DNA from: Balanoglossus misakiensis
Lineage: Eukaryota > Animalia > Hemichordata
DNA length: 64,000 bases
Direction: 5' to 3'
Assembly: GCA_040954595.2 (NCBI GenBank)
Contig: CM082582.2
Location: 11,461,483 to 11,525,482 of the forward strand
Shown here: piece by piece, positions 25,186 through 39,299 of the stretch
Layout: each line of letters opens with the position of its first letter
How positions within the stretch are numbered: the stretch's first letter is position 1
Notes under the pieces: generated by a model
What the model saw: the letters and a program-made list of their open reading frames with translations, nothing else
Told to the model about the DNA's origin: nothing
Database searches by the model: none
Position numbers and translations under genes: made by a program

Positions 25186-28100
25186 TTAGTTCATATACCC
25201 CTGCTGTGGATATGCCGACGGTGGTGGCGCTGCCTGGGGTGAGTGAGTGGCCGCCTCATACGACGGTGGAGCTTGAAGAGGTGCGGGCATTGCTATTTGA
25301 GGCGGAGGGGCATATGCGGGATCTTCTCCCGGTGCCCGCTCGTATTGATACGGGTTTGGACCTCCCGGCTGGCTCGGATCTTGAGTGGCACCTGGGTGGG
25401 TAGTGATCGGTGGGACGGCTTGCTGGCCGTAAGGCACGGCGCCTGTGAAACCCGTAGGTGGGCTAGATGCTGTTGAGTTTTGTAGAGGAGGGAGGCGGGT
25501 TGACTTGAGTTCAACATTATCGTCTGCTTGCGCCATGGGATGTTTGCTTCTATGAAGAGAATGACAAATAAGTAAATACATATGTATATACACATTTATA
25601 TGGCAATAGTAGGTACTATTATAGTATGTGATTCGGCTTCAGTAATTCAAGTTTCAGAAACTGCAGCTGACAAGAAAGAGGAACAGAGAAATTTACTGCT
25701 AATAGAGCTTTAGCAACTACGGGCGTCAGTGCTTGGCCTATAGAAACTCACGATGAGTTTCACAGCAAAATTACACATATTTCGACGTTGTCTTATCTTA
25801 CCCCATTGGTTGATTGGTCTGCGCTGCTGGGATATCCCGTCGGGCGCCACCATAGGCTGTCGAGGTGGAGGGCCCGATCGCAGTCGTCGTCTGTGGCGCT
25901 GTGGCCGACCGTTTCTTCTTATTGTGACAGCAGCAACAGCAGGCAATCACAGCGATGATGACAAAAAACGCCAGCACAACAACCACGGTTATCAGGATAA
26001 TGGTCAGCGTGTCTGGAATAACCGAAACGTAGTCATGAAAGTGAATGCTAGTGCGCGTGCCTTTTACATCATCTTTAAGTATGCGGAAGAATCACACAAC
26101 AAACTTGACAACCCTCCAAGAAATGTACGCGTTCCCTTACCACATCCGTCTTCGTCTTCAAAATCACTGCATTGAGTATAACCATCACAGCGTAGTTTAT
26201 CGGACACACAGCTACCAGTATTACATTGGAAGTCATCACCTTCACATTCATGACCATCGGCTGGATGAAAAAAGGAGAAATTCATTCTTGAACGAGAAAA
26301 ACAAACAGTTGTATTTCCCCTACACTACGGGTGATGTATTGTGTGTATATGTATGTATTCTTTGTGGCCTGGTTACCCGACTCCCGTTTCGCGATGCTAA
26401 ATTAAATTCATTCAGCCATTCACCTATTCACCTAGTGAAACATCCATCCATCCATCCGTCCGTCTGCCCGGCCGTCGATTGATCGATCAATCTTGATCAT
26501 AACATGTTGCATATTTTCGTAACTACTAGTATAGGAAAAAAGAACTTACGATTATAGTATAGGGCAAATCTTCCACGAAACCTATCTTCCGTTTCCTCTA
26601 GAAAAGTCGATGTGCCGTTAAAACTCATTCTGACAGGTAATTCTAACTCGATTGTTTCATACGAGTTCCTTCCACACCACGTGCGGGTGATCTCTCCGTT
26701 TGTAAATTCAATATGGTCCCCATCGTAACAATCTGTTTTGAATCAACAATATTGTATATTAGTAGAAGTGAGGACACGATATAAGCAATAAAATATAGGT
26801 ATTAAGTATAGAAAATTCCCTCACCGTCGAAACCACCGTACGCTCCATCCATGGCGAATGTGATGCGCATGTCAGTGTATGGACCGTGAGCCAAGAACGT
26901 GGTGGAGCAGTCCAGTTGTTCATCCGGGTAGTAGTCACTGTCAGGGGACGTCATTATGACTCGGCCACCGTCCGTATCTATATAACGATTGTTCCCATTG
27001 CAGACTAACAGGAAAGGGACGAAATTGGAGTTATTTTTTTGCGAGTGAATCAAGTCGGATAAGGGGCAGTTCCGTTTTTGTGCACGATGATATTTAACCA
27101 TGAGATCTAGTCTTGTTTAAAGACAAAAACATCAAACCGCAGAGTATATTGACAGTTGAAAACGCCGTGTGCATGCCCCATATTAGTCCCTGCACGCACT
27201 ATGCAGGGACTATGCATTCACCCAGTAGATAATTTGGTAGTATACATTTCATGGGATAAGAAAACTATATGACTTTTTCTCTTGACTACCGCTCACCTGA
27301 TACGGTCATCCATGGACTTGTCGTCCAGCTGTACCCATTGTATGTTACGTACGTTGCATAGAAACCTGCCTTCGTAATTGACCCGTCAGTTTGAAATACC
27401 AAAAATATATTGTTGCTTGAGATTTCGAGCTCATCCGGCAGAGAATTTCCAGAGAAGGTCCACATTGTAGTGTAGTTTTGTTCGTCTGTCCCTGCGTATA
27501 CGTGTAAGTTATCGTATCGCGACTCCAGTTCAAAAACTGTGAATCTGAGCTGAAATCGGAAGGGCCATGTGGTAGAGTGAGTGCGGTCGCCTCAGTTAAC
27601 GAACGTGTTTGAATAACATACAATGAAACGAATTGTCTTAAATTAATATTGTATGTCATACTTTGCTCAAGAAAACTAAAGATTATTCCCCGAGAATACA
27701 ATTTGGGGGTCATCTTGCGCCGAGTGATAGTACCGCCAACGTTCGGCTTTTGTCCGGCAACGTTCGGGTCTGAGCACAAACGGAAGGACTGGACATTGCA
27801 TCAAAAACTGCACATCGACACTCACCAGAAACGAATAATGTCGCGGCGCCTCTATTCGATACGTACAGTACTCCGAGTTTCCGTATTCGGAGGGAAAGTC
27901 TGGTGAGGTGATTACTCCCAGGGGATCTCCGGAGACATCGTTGCAAGCAACTGCACGACGATCTGGAAGAGAATTTGTGGGAACGAGAAGAAATAGGAAA
28001 ATGGCTGTGAGAGTTATTTAATGCTAATTTGCATACTTAAAGGGGCATTTTCACTGCACTTCCTTTCCCAATTAACATTTCCATGACCAGACAAAATCCG

Positions 28101-28337
28101 GGTTCTCCTGCATCTGATCCTTGATGTTCATCTGTACTATCAGACACTTCCAATTTTACTGAGAATACAACAACGTATCGTCGCGCGCGGCGCATGCACT
28201 AACTCACTTCTATGATGATGTTCAACCGCCGATTTCAACACGCCCCCTCTTTCTGCCCTCGCTGTCTCAGCACTGCTAAGGAGCGAGCCGACCAGAGTGC
28301 ATAGCATGATGATCTTGTGTAGTCTGGTGGTGTCCAT
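25186..28337 (-). CDS. R5: SP - CUB - divergent CUB - LDLa - TM - Cys string - PPxY tail (~525 aa); closest paralog of R4
   Basis: Exons 28337-28208, 27962-27826, 27549-27297, 27004-26825, 26732-26550, 26260-26141, 26012-25802, 25549-25186, in phase. LDLa CEGDDFQCNTGSCVSDKLRCDGYTQCSDFEDEDGC; TM followed by ACCCCCHNKKKR; tail NPYQYE and APPSYEAA. Confidence 0.88.
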
Positions 28338-30928
28338 GTTGGTAGTTGTACGCCACGCACCTGAGTGACTGGTGGTGTGTGGTTGGACCGAAAGAAACGA
28401 ATGAACTATTGAGAAAAATAATTTAAAAGTGTGATCAGACTACAATGGAATATGGGCGTTTGCCTTCAGTCCTCTTTGTATATAGTAGAGTTTAAAGAGG
28501 TCGTCTAGGCCTGAAATCAATTATGCTAAAATTTTGAGGGGTTTACAAAAAGGCAACATAATTTTTGGCCTGCATCACGATACATATAATCGGAATAACT
28601 TTGCTTCATAGACTTCCACAGTGTTTGATTGCATATGCTTTGTGCATGAGATATTAGATTGTATTGCGATTCATCACGATCCCTTTGATCATGGAGTAGA
28701 GGGGACTGTGATTTTACTTTATACTGGAACTGACTCGGTTTGAGATTGCTTTCATCATTAAAAATGGCGTTATGTGTGTGGTGTTACTGTAGGCAAATGC
28801 AGGAGTTGGAAATGAGAGAGTGTCTGTGTGAGAGTGTCTCTAAAGGAAAATTAGAAAGTACAGCGGGTGTGCTGTAGTGAAGGACTTCCAGATACAATGT
28901 ACATACCTAGTTTTGTTCGGAGTAGTGCTGAGAGTCGGGTACTCCTATTGGCACCGAAAAACCCGAACTATAGAATCCCGGGGACGCTTATTTCACTAAA
29001 CCATGTTCTTGGGGACACAGATCGATTGATCTCCGGTGTGTCTACGCCCGTCCGACGTTCTATCGGCCGTCCAGCGTCGAACAGGTTGTCTCGTAGCTGG
29101 CGAAGTCGTGCAGCTTCGCTCGCTATATGTTACGTAATTGTTTCCGTGACGTCTCTGCTTTGTTTAACCCCCGTTTCCAAAACAACGCGCGGATCGATCG
29201 AGTTACGCAACACCTCCAACCATGGATCGCCTCCAGGCTCCCAACACCGAGTACATGTACACTCTCGGCATTTGATACTGCTTCTTTGTGTGATACGGGG
29301 ACTGTGATTTCCCTGTTAGTAATGACACACTACTGAGGTGTAGAGCTCAAAAATAACGTGGTATTGCTCGACACACTATGGAGATACGTGGTACCATAGA
29401 GATATAGATGTATCACTCCATGATGGTACCTGCATCATGGCGGTACGTCCACAGTCACTGTGATATCTCCATGGATACACATATTCCGCAGACGACTTAT
29501 TGCAGAGAATGACTTTTGATTGATTTTTATTAGCATATTTCTGTAGACAATGAACGTGGCAAAACACATTGTTTCGAATCCAAATTTTATGAATAATGGG
29601 TCATTATTGGCAACACTCCAGTTTTGCTGTCTGAGGGACAATTTGCATATGTGCCAACATTACGGTCCAACGATAACCACAGTTTGCCTTTCTTTCAGCA
29701 TAGACCGTAGTTACATTTGCAAAGGACTTAATTTTCAATCACTCTCTGATTTTGGGAGTCATTTTGTTAAAACCGTCATTTTTCAAGCTGGCAAGTTCAT
29801 TTCTCTTTATACTCTCCTTCCTTCCTTCCTTTTCCCATCAGTCGAACACAAGCTCTCCGTTTGGGAACCGCCTGTCCGATGTGCCAACAGAAGTACAACA
29901 GTCGACGCCTATCCGTCGAACACGTGACGTCTGTACACCGTCGTATAAAGGGGCTGAACTAATAGTAGAGGCACAGTCCAGAGGGACCATGGTATAGGCC
30001 TAGGTCACCAGAAGATCACATGACTCTATATGCCAGCGCATGCAGCGTGTATGTATATATATATCACTTAACACAATTGCCCCATAGCTATTGTTCAGAA
30101 CACAAAAACGTTCTTTTTTGTCTCCGATTAGAATGAGGTCAACCGATTTGAATGTTGTCAAGTAGTACTATCTAAGTCGCTGCCACGATATCCCCTGGCA
30201 GGAATTTAGAAATCGCGCTTTGGAACTGTTGCCCGAAAATTGTGTCACCATTGTTTGTTGTGCCTGGAGACTGATAACGGGTACTAGGAACATCAGGTGG
30301 GAGGAAATTTTTGGGGAAACCGTCACTGAGTACGGCACTCCTACATATCCCCTGTCTACATATCCCTGTTTGTAATGGCCCAACGGGTTGTTTCTCGTTC
30401 ACGTCGCACCAAAATTTCAAATCTTGGCAAAGAAGCGTGTTTGGACAAATGGCCATTCAACTTGTGCCTGGGGTTGTTAAATTTTTCAAACACAGTTGAT
30501 GAGCATGTCGTACTTGACGAACTTCGTGATCGTCTTGCACTATTCGACGAGCTAATTGCTGTCGGACGCATCTTGTTGTCGTTCATCAAACCAATCTCTG
30601 CTTGAATTGTCGAGATCGTCACTGGGTGGCGATTCAACAAAGAGATTTTAAGCACCACACAATAGCAGAGGTTGTGATCTGAATTTTCAATTGATGAGAT
30701 CACAAAAGGAAGACACTGATATGTCTACTCCGCCCTTTCAGCCGACGGAAAACGTGACACTGAAAAAAGGGCAGAAAAATGTGGAGGGAAACACAACTTA
30801 AGAGTATTAAAGTTAACGCCCGCGTCTCTGTTTTGTCTCTAGCTTTTGACAAGCCACAAGACTCGTGTACACCCAAGATCTCGTGGTCAGACATGGCGTG
30901 AAAGCATCACGGAGTCCTATCACCGAGG

Positions 30929-33892
30929 ATGAAACCCTGGGTGTTTGAAGTCGCTTTACTTGTGCACTTCTGGTTAGGAGGTCAAGTTGTTGGAAGTTCT
31001 GACAATAGACAAAGTTTGGGTGAGTAAAGGCAAATTTCACAGCAAAACTTACCCCATGATTAAACGCACGATGTCTTCTGACGGAATTTTATGGCGCCAT
31101 GTCCACATATAATGTGTGTGTGTGTGTGGGGGGGGGGGGGCGACAGATCATTTCCAATCACTGGAACTTCATGAATAAAAAATATGAACCAGATGAGGCT
31201 AACGGGGTATGTTAAAAACGCTAAGATGTTTTTGGATTAAATGTCCGTACATAAATATATCATTTTTCATTGTCGTCCGTCGGGAAATTTTCGCACCGAA
31301 ATGAAAGTCAAGCGAGCCACAGGAAGCTGTGGAGGAACGTTTGTTGCCGACAATGGCGTCATCGCTTCGCCGTCCTATCCTGGCGACTATGGCAATAACG
31401 AAGCCTGCACTTACTACATCACGGTGTCGGATGGAAATCTCGTTGAGGTGAGTCCAAACCCAGCCCATTCACCTTTAACCTTTTGGCCGCCATTTTGGGA
31501 AAATGTTAATATGCGTAGTTACGTCTTCATCTGGAGACACATTGTGGCAGGTTATGCACACTTTGACTTTATATATTACTAACGCTCTTCCTATTTCTAT
31601 TCCAAAAAAAACCCAGTTGATTTTCTCAGTTTTCAACACCGAGGCCAATCTCGACATCGTTGAGATCTTTGACGGACCCTCCGCCAATCACCAATTAATA
31701 AGGACCTACTCCGGTGACGACATCCCGGTCCCCGTGACGTCATCCGGTTCCAGCCTGACTGTGCTGTTCACCAGTGACGACACTGTCGGCATGGCGGGTT
31801 TCTCCGCCTCCTTCAGCGCCATTTCCGGCAACCCAGACATTGGAATCTGCGGAGGGAATTTCACAGCTGATTCCGGTCACTTCTCTTCGCCCAATTATCC
31901 CAGTTTCTATGACAACGATCAGGATTGCCATTACTTTATATCGGTGTCTGCTGGAAACACAATTAAGGTAAAACAACCCAGATATTAGACAAACATAGAG
32001 ACATACAGACAATCTGCCTACAGACAGATAGACAGACAGACAGACGGAGACATAGTACGACCTATTACATTTTGTGTGACTTACCATTAAAGATGCATAT
32101 TAAAATTTGTAGATTCAACTTGTTTTATTTTGCCTTGCAGCTCACGTTTACCCATTTTGAGACAGAAAGTTGCTGCGACACTGTCAAAGTCTACGACAGA
32201 CTGGAGAGTTCCGATGTTTTGCTGGGCACCTTCTCAGGCGATAGCATACCAGACGACATTACGTCATCTGGGTCATCTTTGTACCTTCATTTCTGGTCGG
32301 ACACTTCTGCCAGGGACAGTGGATTCTATGTGGTCTACAGTACACCTGTCGCTGAAGACGTGTACCCATCATATTCTGGTAAAGCCTGTCTCATGTTTAA
32401 TTAATTGATTTCGTCGCTTGTAAGAACTCTTAGTTGTCGGTGTATACTGATGATAGTCATTTGAGGGAAAATTGCCTGTTGCATTACCCTGGCGTGTTTT
32501 TTTTTTCATGTCAGTTTGCAGCCACAATGTCCTGCATGGCCTAGGGGGTCTGATATATTCCCACGACGACTACCCCTCAAGTTATCCAGAATTAATGACC
32601 TGCTCTCTCACTATTTCCACCGTCTCTACGTACGATAAAATTTATCTGAAGTTCGTGGCTGTGGATTTGTACGACCCACACGACCAAGGTAAATAGTTTT
32701 ACAGATTGTTACATAGGTCTACCTGTGTGATTCAGTGTGAGGTACGAGTTCCTTCAAAATACTTTCATATTTTTTGCAGAATGTGGTTTATTTGATTACA
32801 TCCGGGTAACAGACGGTCTCGGTGCAGAAGTGGACACTATATGCAAACGGGACGATTTGAATTCCTACCTTACTTCCAGTGGCAGCATAACGATCACTTT
32901 CAGAGCCACATACAACTTTTTGAACAGTGACGTCAGTGGGTTCAAGGCCATCTTCACGCTTTATTATGACAGCACATGTAAGTATCGTTATGATGATTTG
33001 CGACACGTATTTATCAGGACAGCACTGCCAAGTTTTGTTGATGTATCGCATCTATTTCCTAAGTTTTCAAGCGTCACTCATATTTTCACAACGACTCTGA
33101 CTGGGACAATGGATATACGACGTAGAGGGCGCATTGTTGCATGCCAGTTTCAGAATCTCTTCTTTTTTTCGCTGCAGATTCATGGGAGAACTGCGTGGTT
33201 GAAACCGATTTCAAATGCGATAATAATCGTTGTATATCCGGGAGTTTAACCTGCGATAGTATCGACAATTGTGGAGACGGATCAGACGAAAATTATTGCA
33301 GCAACAGTAAGTGAAACGTGTTCATTCAAATTTCTCAATTCAACTTCAATTTCAGATAACCTCGTGTGTTTTAAGAAACAAGACACACCTGTCTGTCTGT
33401 CTGTCTGTCTGTGTATAGTGTGTGACTGGGCGCGTCGTTGTCTTTTGGCAATTTTGGGGGTCCTGATTTCTTCAGCAGAAACTCTGAAAGCGAATGTGCA
33501 TGATACATTCAACTCTTACGGATCTTTTCAACTGGAAAAAATTATCGTTTTGTTCTTATCAAGGCTCGACTATTGGCCTCGTTATCGGGGTTGTCGCGGG
33601 GATTTTGACAGTTCTGGTGCTCATTATAGTTATTGTCTGCTGCTGCAAGAAGTGTTCACCGAAGGCAGGAGCAAACAGGAGGAGGCGGAAGAGCAGTACT
33701 TCGCCCGCTTCATACGGACCACAAGCGCCACCGCCGGCAGCAGCGGTCCACTCGTCCACGGTCCCGGCCTACCCTGCTGGTACACCGGGAGAGGGCGCTG
33801 ACAATTCCGGTTTCAGTGACACGGCACATCCATCAGATCCGGGGTATCCACCACAGCCGGCCTCCTACCCGCCAACACCTCCATCACCCTGA
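30929..33892 (+). CDS. R6: SP - CUB x2 - divergent CUB - LDLa - TM - Pro-rich tail without PPxY (~549 aa)
   Basis: Exons 30929-31019, 31308-31447, 31617-31967, 32141-32378, 32515-32688, 32780-32977, 33178-33306, 33564-33892. LDLa [36 protein letters not shown]; [29 protein letters not shown]. The acceptor at 31307 is weak, but it gives the family-typical 140-nt exon. Confidence 0.85.
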
Positions 33893-34564
33893 CCAAAAAG
33901 TGCACATTTTGTGTACATGGTGTACAGAAACACTCTCCAATTTTATCACACTTTTCTAGTGTGTAGCTACTTTCAAGGTGTCCCTTGATTCACAATTCTC
34001 CCAGACAATTTGTCTTTCGCGGTTTGTCACGAGTGCTGAGGGCTGTCACAGATGCCAAACCGCCCTCTTCAATTTAAAACTGCGGTACTGGTTAGCAAAC
34101 CCTGTACTCAAAGTACTGCTTGTCAAATACTAGTAGTTTGCTATGGGACAGGTCATGCACAACGAACCAAATTTGCTCCGCTGTCATCGGCCGTTGATAT
34201 GTAAACTAACTCAACATATATCAGGCTAATACCTATCATTGTCACAATGGGTCCTGTCAAAACTTTGTGTTGATGTACACAGAACTCGAGAGGGCTGACC
34301 CGTCGTTCTAACACAAGTGTTAACTACACATAGAGCATTGTTGCTGCGCTAAAATATATGTACTTTCAATGCCCATTCTCTCTGAGAATGTAATAAAGTC
34401 GAACTTCCGATATGTGAAGAATTTCTTTGCCGTAAAGTGTGCACTGTGTGCGTCAAACAGATCTAAACATTCGCCTGGCTCTGTACATGTACCCAATTTG
34501 TCCTCGAATATTGGACATCATGAAGAGCAAGGTCAACCCGCCCCCGCAAAAACGAATAAAAGTA

Positions 34565-35126
34565 GTTGCCATAGTAACGGCGTCGGTTTCTCCCCCACCC
34601 TTTCCCATGCATCCACAAGAGCGCGTATTGTGATCTTTGAAAATAATGGCGATAAAGCTCAACAAACAATGCAACTCTGCACAAAACTTTTTTTATTTGG
34701 CGAGGTATATACGTCATGTGAATGGCATTGAAAAGTGTATGTTCGTATGGCATGCACTGTTGACCTTACGGGGAGGATTGTAAAGGGCACATGAATAAGA
34801 AGGTCAACCCCGATGAAATATTGCGAAACCGGCGTTCAGCAATTATTGTTTCATTCCACGTAGACACATCATGATACATACCTAATACTGTCTCGCCAAA
34901 AAAGACGTATTTGACGTTTTTTATCCGTCATTTAAAACAAAGAAACCCCTTTGCGAGATCAATGTGCGCTTCGACGACAAAGAGAACGATCCTTACACTA
35001 ACATGTCCTGTGTACGGTTAGTTGCCAAGGAGAAGCCAATACAAATCTTGCCGCCATATTGATACGTCACATTTTCTAATATTGTGCCGACACGCTGGAA
35101 AGGACCTACATGTGAATCAGTAGAGG
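34565..35126 (+). promoter_or_regulatory. R7 promoter / non-coding exon 1: X-boxes plus YY1-like element
   Basis: GTTGCCATAGTAAC (34565-34578), GTTGCCAAGGAGAA (35021-35034), GCCGCCATATT (35050-35060), donor GAG/GTGAGC at ~35126. Confidence 0.55.
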
Positions 35127-35670
35127 TGAGCTTATATCACAATTTCTCAAAACCACAGACGGAATTTAGGTTTTAAATGGGCTCCTTGGACCCCTTTCTG
35201 AATGCGCTGAAATCCAGATTTGAATTTAAGGAGAGAGTGCAATGACCCATTTCTGATTTCAGCCGCGGCGCACAAATTGTATTGCCACATTTTTGTCTAG
35301 CAGTATTGGATGGCAAATTTGAATATGCCATTGGTTTTTCTCTCAAGTATTGTCTCATGTCAGAAGCAGTTCACGATGTTTAGAGTGTGTATATATGATC
35401 ACACGTACACGACACAGGTAGACTGATACACACACGGACGTGCGCACGCACAGACACATACACACACATATATACATACACACATGCGAGTAACAGACCG
35501 AAAAATTGTGTATGGTTTTTATTCAGCTACTGTCGGTATCCAAATCGACATGGAGAAATTTATTAAGCCTCATGTTCGAATTTCAGGCCGTCCTAAGCAA
35601 CGAGCACACACGCACGTGGAGGTTGTGGAGTGGGGGAAAACCAGTTTGAGCAGAAGGAAACGACCTAACA

Positions 35671-38600
35671 ATGGAGATACTGTCGGTCGTGACGTTTCTA
35701 ACCACACTGCTTTGTTTAGCTCGGTCTTTAAGTTCAGAATACGTTCAAGACACAGCACAACGCGTCCTCAATAGAGGTAAGACACCATACATCCATAGGA
35801 AGGTGAACGGGTGGTCTGTCACCTTTTATCCGTGCTGATTATTGAGAAACAAAGGATCGGCTGTGTGTAAGACGTGCTCTTATTTTTTAGTCAAATATAC
35901 AAATCTATTTTCACATATTAAATTCTCGAAATCCCCCCTGTGAGCATATGACAATACCGAAATACATGACATTCCTGATACTTGTTTTCATCTTTTCTAG
36001 AATCAAGGGCCGTGGGAGACTGCGGTGGTACTTTTACCGACGCCGCGGGCGAGTTTTCGTCTCCTTCGTATCCGAGCTTTTACGGCAACTACCAGGGATG
36101 TGACTACCTTATTACCGTCCCTTCTGATTTGAACATAGTGGTAAGTTGGACCCCCTAGCCCTCTCGTATTTGCTCGCGTTTGTTTTCGATGTCCTGCTGG
36201 AAGACCGACCATGCACATTCACATTAACTGCTAAGTATATTGCAGAGATTAGGGACTGACTACAAAATCGGTTTGATCTCCATCACACCATGTATCACCT
36301 CGATATGTAATAAAGCTTAACCCAATATGTAATACTAACCCCATATGTAATAATTCTTAAACCAGTACGTAGTAATACTATTGGGTTAGTATTACATATA
36401 AGCGTGATGAACACCGCCCTTTTGTTCTTTTCCCACACGCAGTTGTACTTCACGGATTTCAGTTTTCCGGACGACGGTACCGACTATATCGAAATCTACA
36501 GAGGCGACCAGAAACTGGGACAGAACCTAATAGGTTCATATTATGGAAGCAACACACCGGCCGTCCTTGACACATCGGTATCCACTGTACTCGTCACATT
36601 TTATGCCGACTACGCTGTAAACGATAAAGGGTTCCTCGCCAAATATTTCACCACGACACGCGACCACTCGATTGGTACCGACACCTGTGGTGGCATATAC
36701 AACTATGACTCGGCCTCGTTCACGTCACCGCTATTCCCTGACGATTATGGCACCAGATTAAACTGCTATTACACCATTTCAGTCAGCACAGGAACGAAGA
36801 TACAGGTATGATATAATACGATACAGTACAGAACCAGTACAGTACAGTACAGTACAGTACAGTACAGTACAGTACAGTACAGTACAGTACAGTACAGTAA
36901 AACCATTTGGATGTCAAATTTCATTCATTCATTCATTCATTCATTCATTCATTCATTCATTCATTCATTCATTCATTCATTCATTCATTCATTCATTCAT
37001 TCATTCATCAAAGAGCTGTTGATACGCATGACTGTTTTTATGTCTAGAGAATCGCATTAATACGAAAATGTTCCTTTCATCCTTACCTTCTGATTCCAGC
37101 TCGAGTTTCTCTGGTTTCAAATGGAGGACGGCTACGATGAAGTAAAAGTGTACGACGGCACCTCGTCGGGCGCTACACTGTTAGCTGACTTCACCGGATA
37201 TTTGATTCCTGCTCCCGTAGTGTCTTCCGGTTCAAACCTTTACGTGCATTTTAATTCAGATGCTTCCAATGTATACAGAGGTTTCTACGCTATCTACCGA
37301 CCCGCATCAACGGTAACATATTCAGGTAAATAGACTCGCTGGTGTTTTTACATGTTTTGAGCAAGAAAAAATGCACCTTCAAAAGCAGGGCAGCGACTTT
37401 TATGATTCTTTTGATTACCATATACCTGAGCTTTCAAAGATATATGATTCGGGGGGGGGGGTGGGGTGGTATAGGACTTTGATAATTGACAGAAAACTGC
37501 AATCCCCGATCCCCCAAATTCTTAATAACCCTCAAATCGAGAGTCCACTATACCCACTCCAAAATTGTTTCTCTGTTTTGTTCTTGCTGCACAGTTTGTG
37601 AGGATACACTGATTGAAGGGGTCGGCGGTACGATCCAGTCACACGAGTCGTATCCCAACAGCTATGACCGTGACCTCGAGTGCATGCTGATGATACAAAT
37701 CAGAGGCGTTTTATACGACAAACTCTACTTGAAGTTCGATGACATTGACCTCTTTACGACAGGTGCTGGTGGTAAGTTAGATACCCATCCACATTTGTCA
37801 ATTTTGCTCCCTTACATTTTCTTGTCTCGACCAGAGAGATTTATAGGCAGAGCCATGAAAGGCACGGTATAATCACGGTTGAGCCATTCTTGGGACATTT
37901 GCATAATGGTATGTCCAAGTAAAATCTGTAGATAACATCGAATCATTAACCCTTGTAAATTTCTTGCTCAGATTGCAGTGGCTCTGACTCCATCACGTTG
38001 TCTGATTCAACCGGAAGTCTGTCGGAGACTCTGTGCCAGGCGGAAGATGCACTCACCATCGATATCCCCGATGGCGTGGTCAGCCTGAACTTGACTTTCG
38101 AGAGCGTCGGTGTCCAGTCGGGTGACTATACCGGCTTCAAGGCAACGTTTGCACTCTACTACCAAAATATGTGTAAGTTATTTCCTTCTGGGTGACTGTA
38201 TTATTGCCCGCCGGAAGCTAACTGTAGGAACAAAGTTGGAACTTACTTGAATGAGTTAGTGAATGATGCGCGCGGAGGGTGGGGTGGGGGTGTCATCCAA
38301 TGTCGTGCATCATCGTACGACGACGTTGTAAATGTATTTTCTTCAACGCTTTACCACTTTCTGATTGAAACCCTGTAATACTGTTTTATTCTTCCCGTAG
38401 TTGGATGCTATGGCGATGACTTCGCTTGCAACAATCAACGGTGCATGTCCAAGGGTTTGAAATGCGACGGCGTCGACCACTGCGGTGACAATTCTGACGA
38501 ACAGGACTGTCCCACCCTGTCAGGGTGTAAGTATAGTATACGCTAGGCCTGTTGGTCTGAATAGGTGCAGATTTAACAAAAAATGTAATCTTTTTGTGCC

Positions 38601-39299
38601 ATTTGCGCCATGTGCTGTTTTTCCTGTGTCCTCCCATAGAAACTGCTGAAGCCACGCAAGATCTCGCTGGTTCTCGTGGAGTTCGGAAAATGGTCTACTG
38701 GTTACGGTTACCAATACTCAGGGCGTCATTTTTCACGTCATTTTTTTGCCTGTGATATTAACTCTTATGTGACTGTATACCGTTTCAGTGGCCCTTGACC
38801 TGACTACGATAATCGGCATCGCTGTGGGGAGTCTGGTATTTCTGATCCTCGTGGTTATTTGCTGCGCGTGTTGTTGCTGCAAGAAGTCGACGCCGACGAC
38901 GCCATATCCGGATACGGTTATTGTTATGAAGCCCCCCGAACCGACGGGCCCTGTCGGAATGAGGACAGTGACGACCACAAGAGTTGGGTAAGGAACTTTC
39001 CCTTGTCGCCTTCGAAACGTGTTCTCAAAGTAGTGTGGAGATACATTTCGATACCTCTTGTGAAAAACACGGGACAAAACAGTATAGTCTATAAGCCACC
39101 TCCTGATTGGCAGAATGTGTATTTTGTTATCATTCTCAGGCCAATGGACCCAACCAACGAGTTCGTTAGTTACGAGAACACCGTGAATACAGATGTGCTG
39201 TCACAACCTGTGGACGGTGAAGGATTTGGCGGGTACTACGACCCTGCCTTCCCTGCTCCTGACCCGGATGCCAACGCCCCACCTCCAAAACATTACTGA
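35671..39299 (+). CDS. R7: SP - CUB x2 - divergent CUB - LDLa - TM - Tyr-motif tail (~565 aa)
   Basis: Exons 35671-35776, 36001-36140, 36443-36805, 37100-37325, 37595-37771, 37972-38172, 38401-38526, 38789-38987, 39140-39299, in phase. [23 protein letters not shown]; LDLa [35 protein letters not shown]; TM followed by [10 protein letters not shown]; tail [18 protein letters not shown]. Confidence 0.88.
36836..37007. repeat. Adjacent (CAGTA)n and (TTCA)n microsatellites in an R7 intron
   Basis: CAGTA pentamer run at ~36836-36899; TTCA tetramer run at ~36920-37007. Confidence 0.95.
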
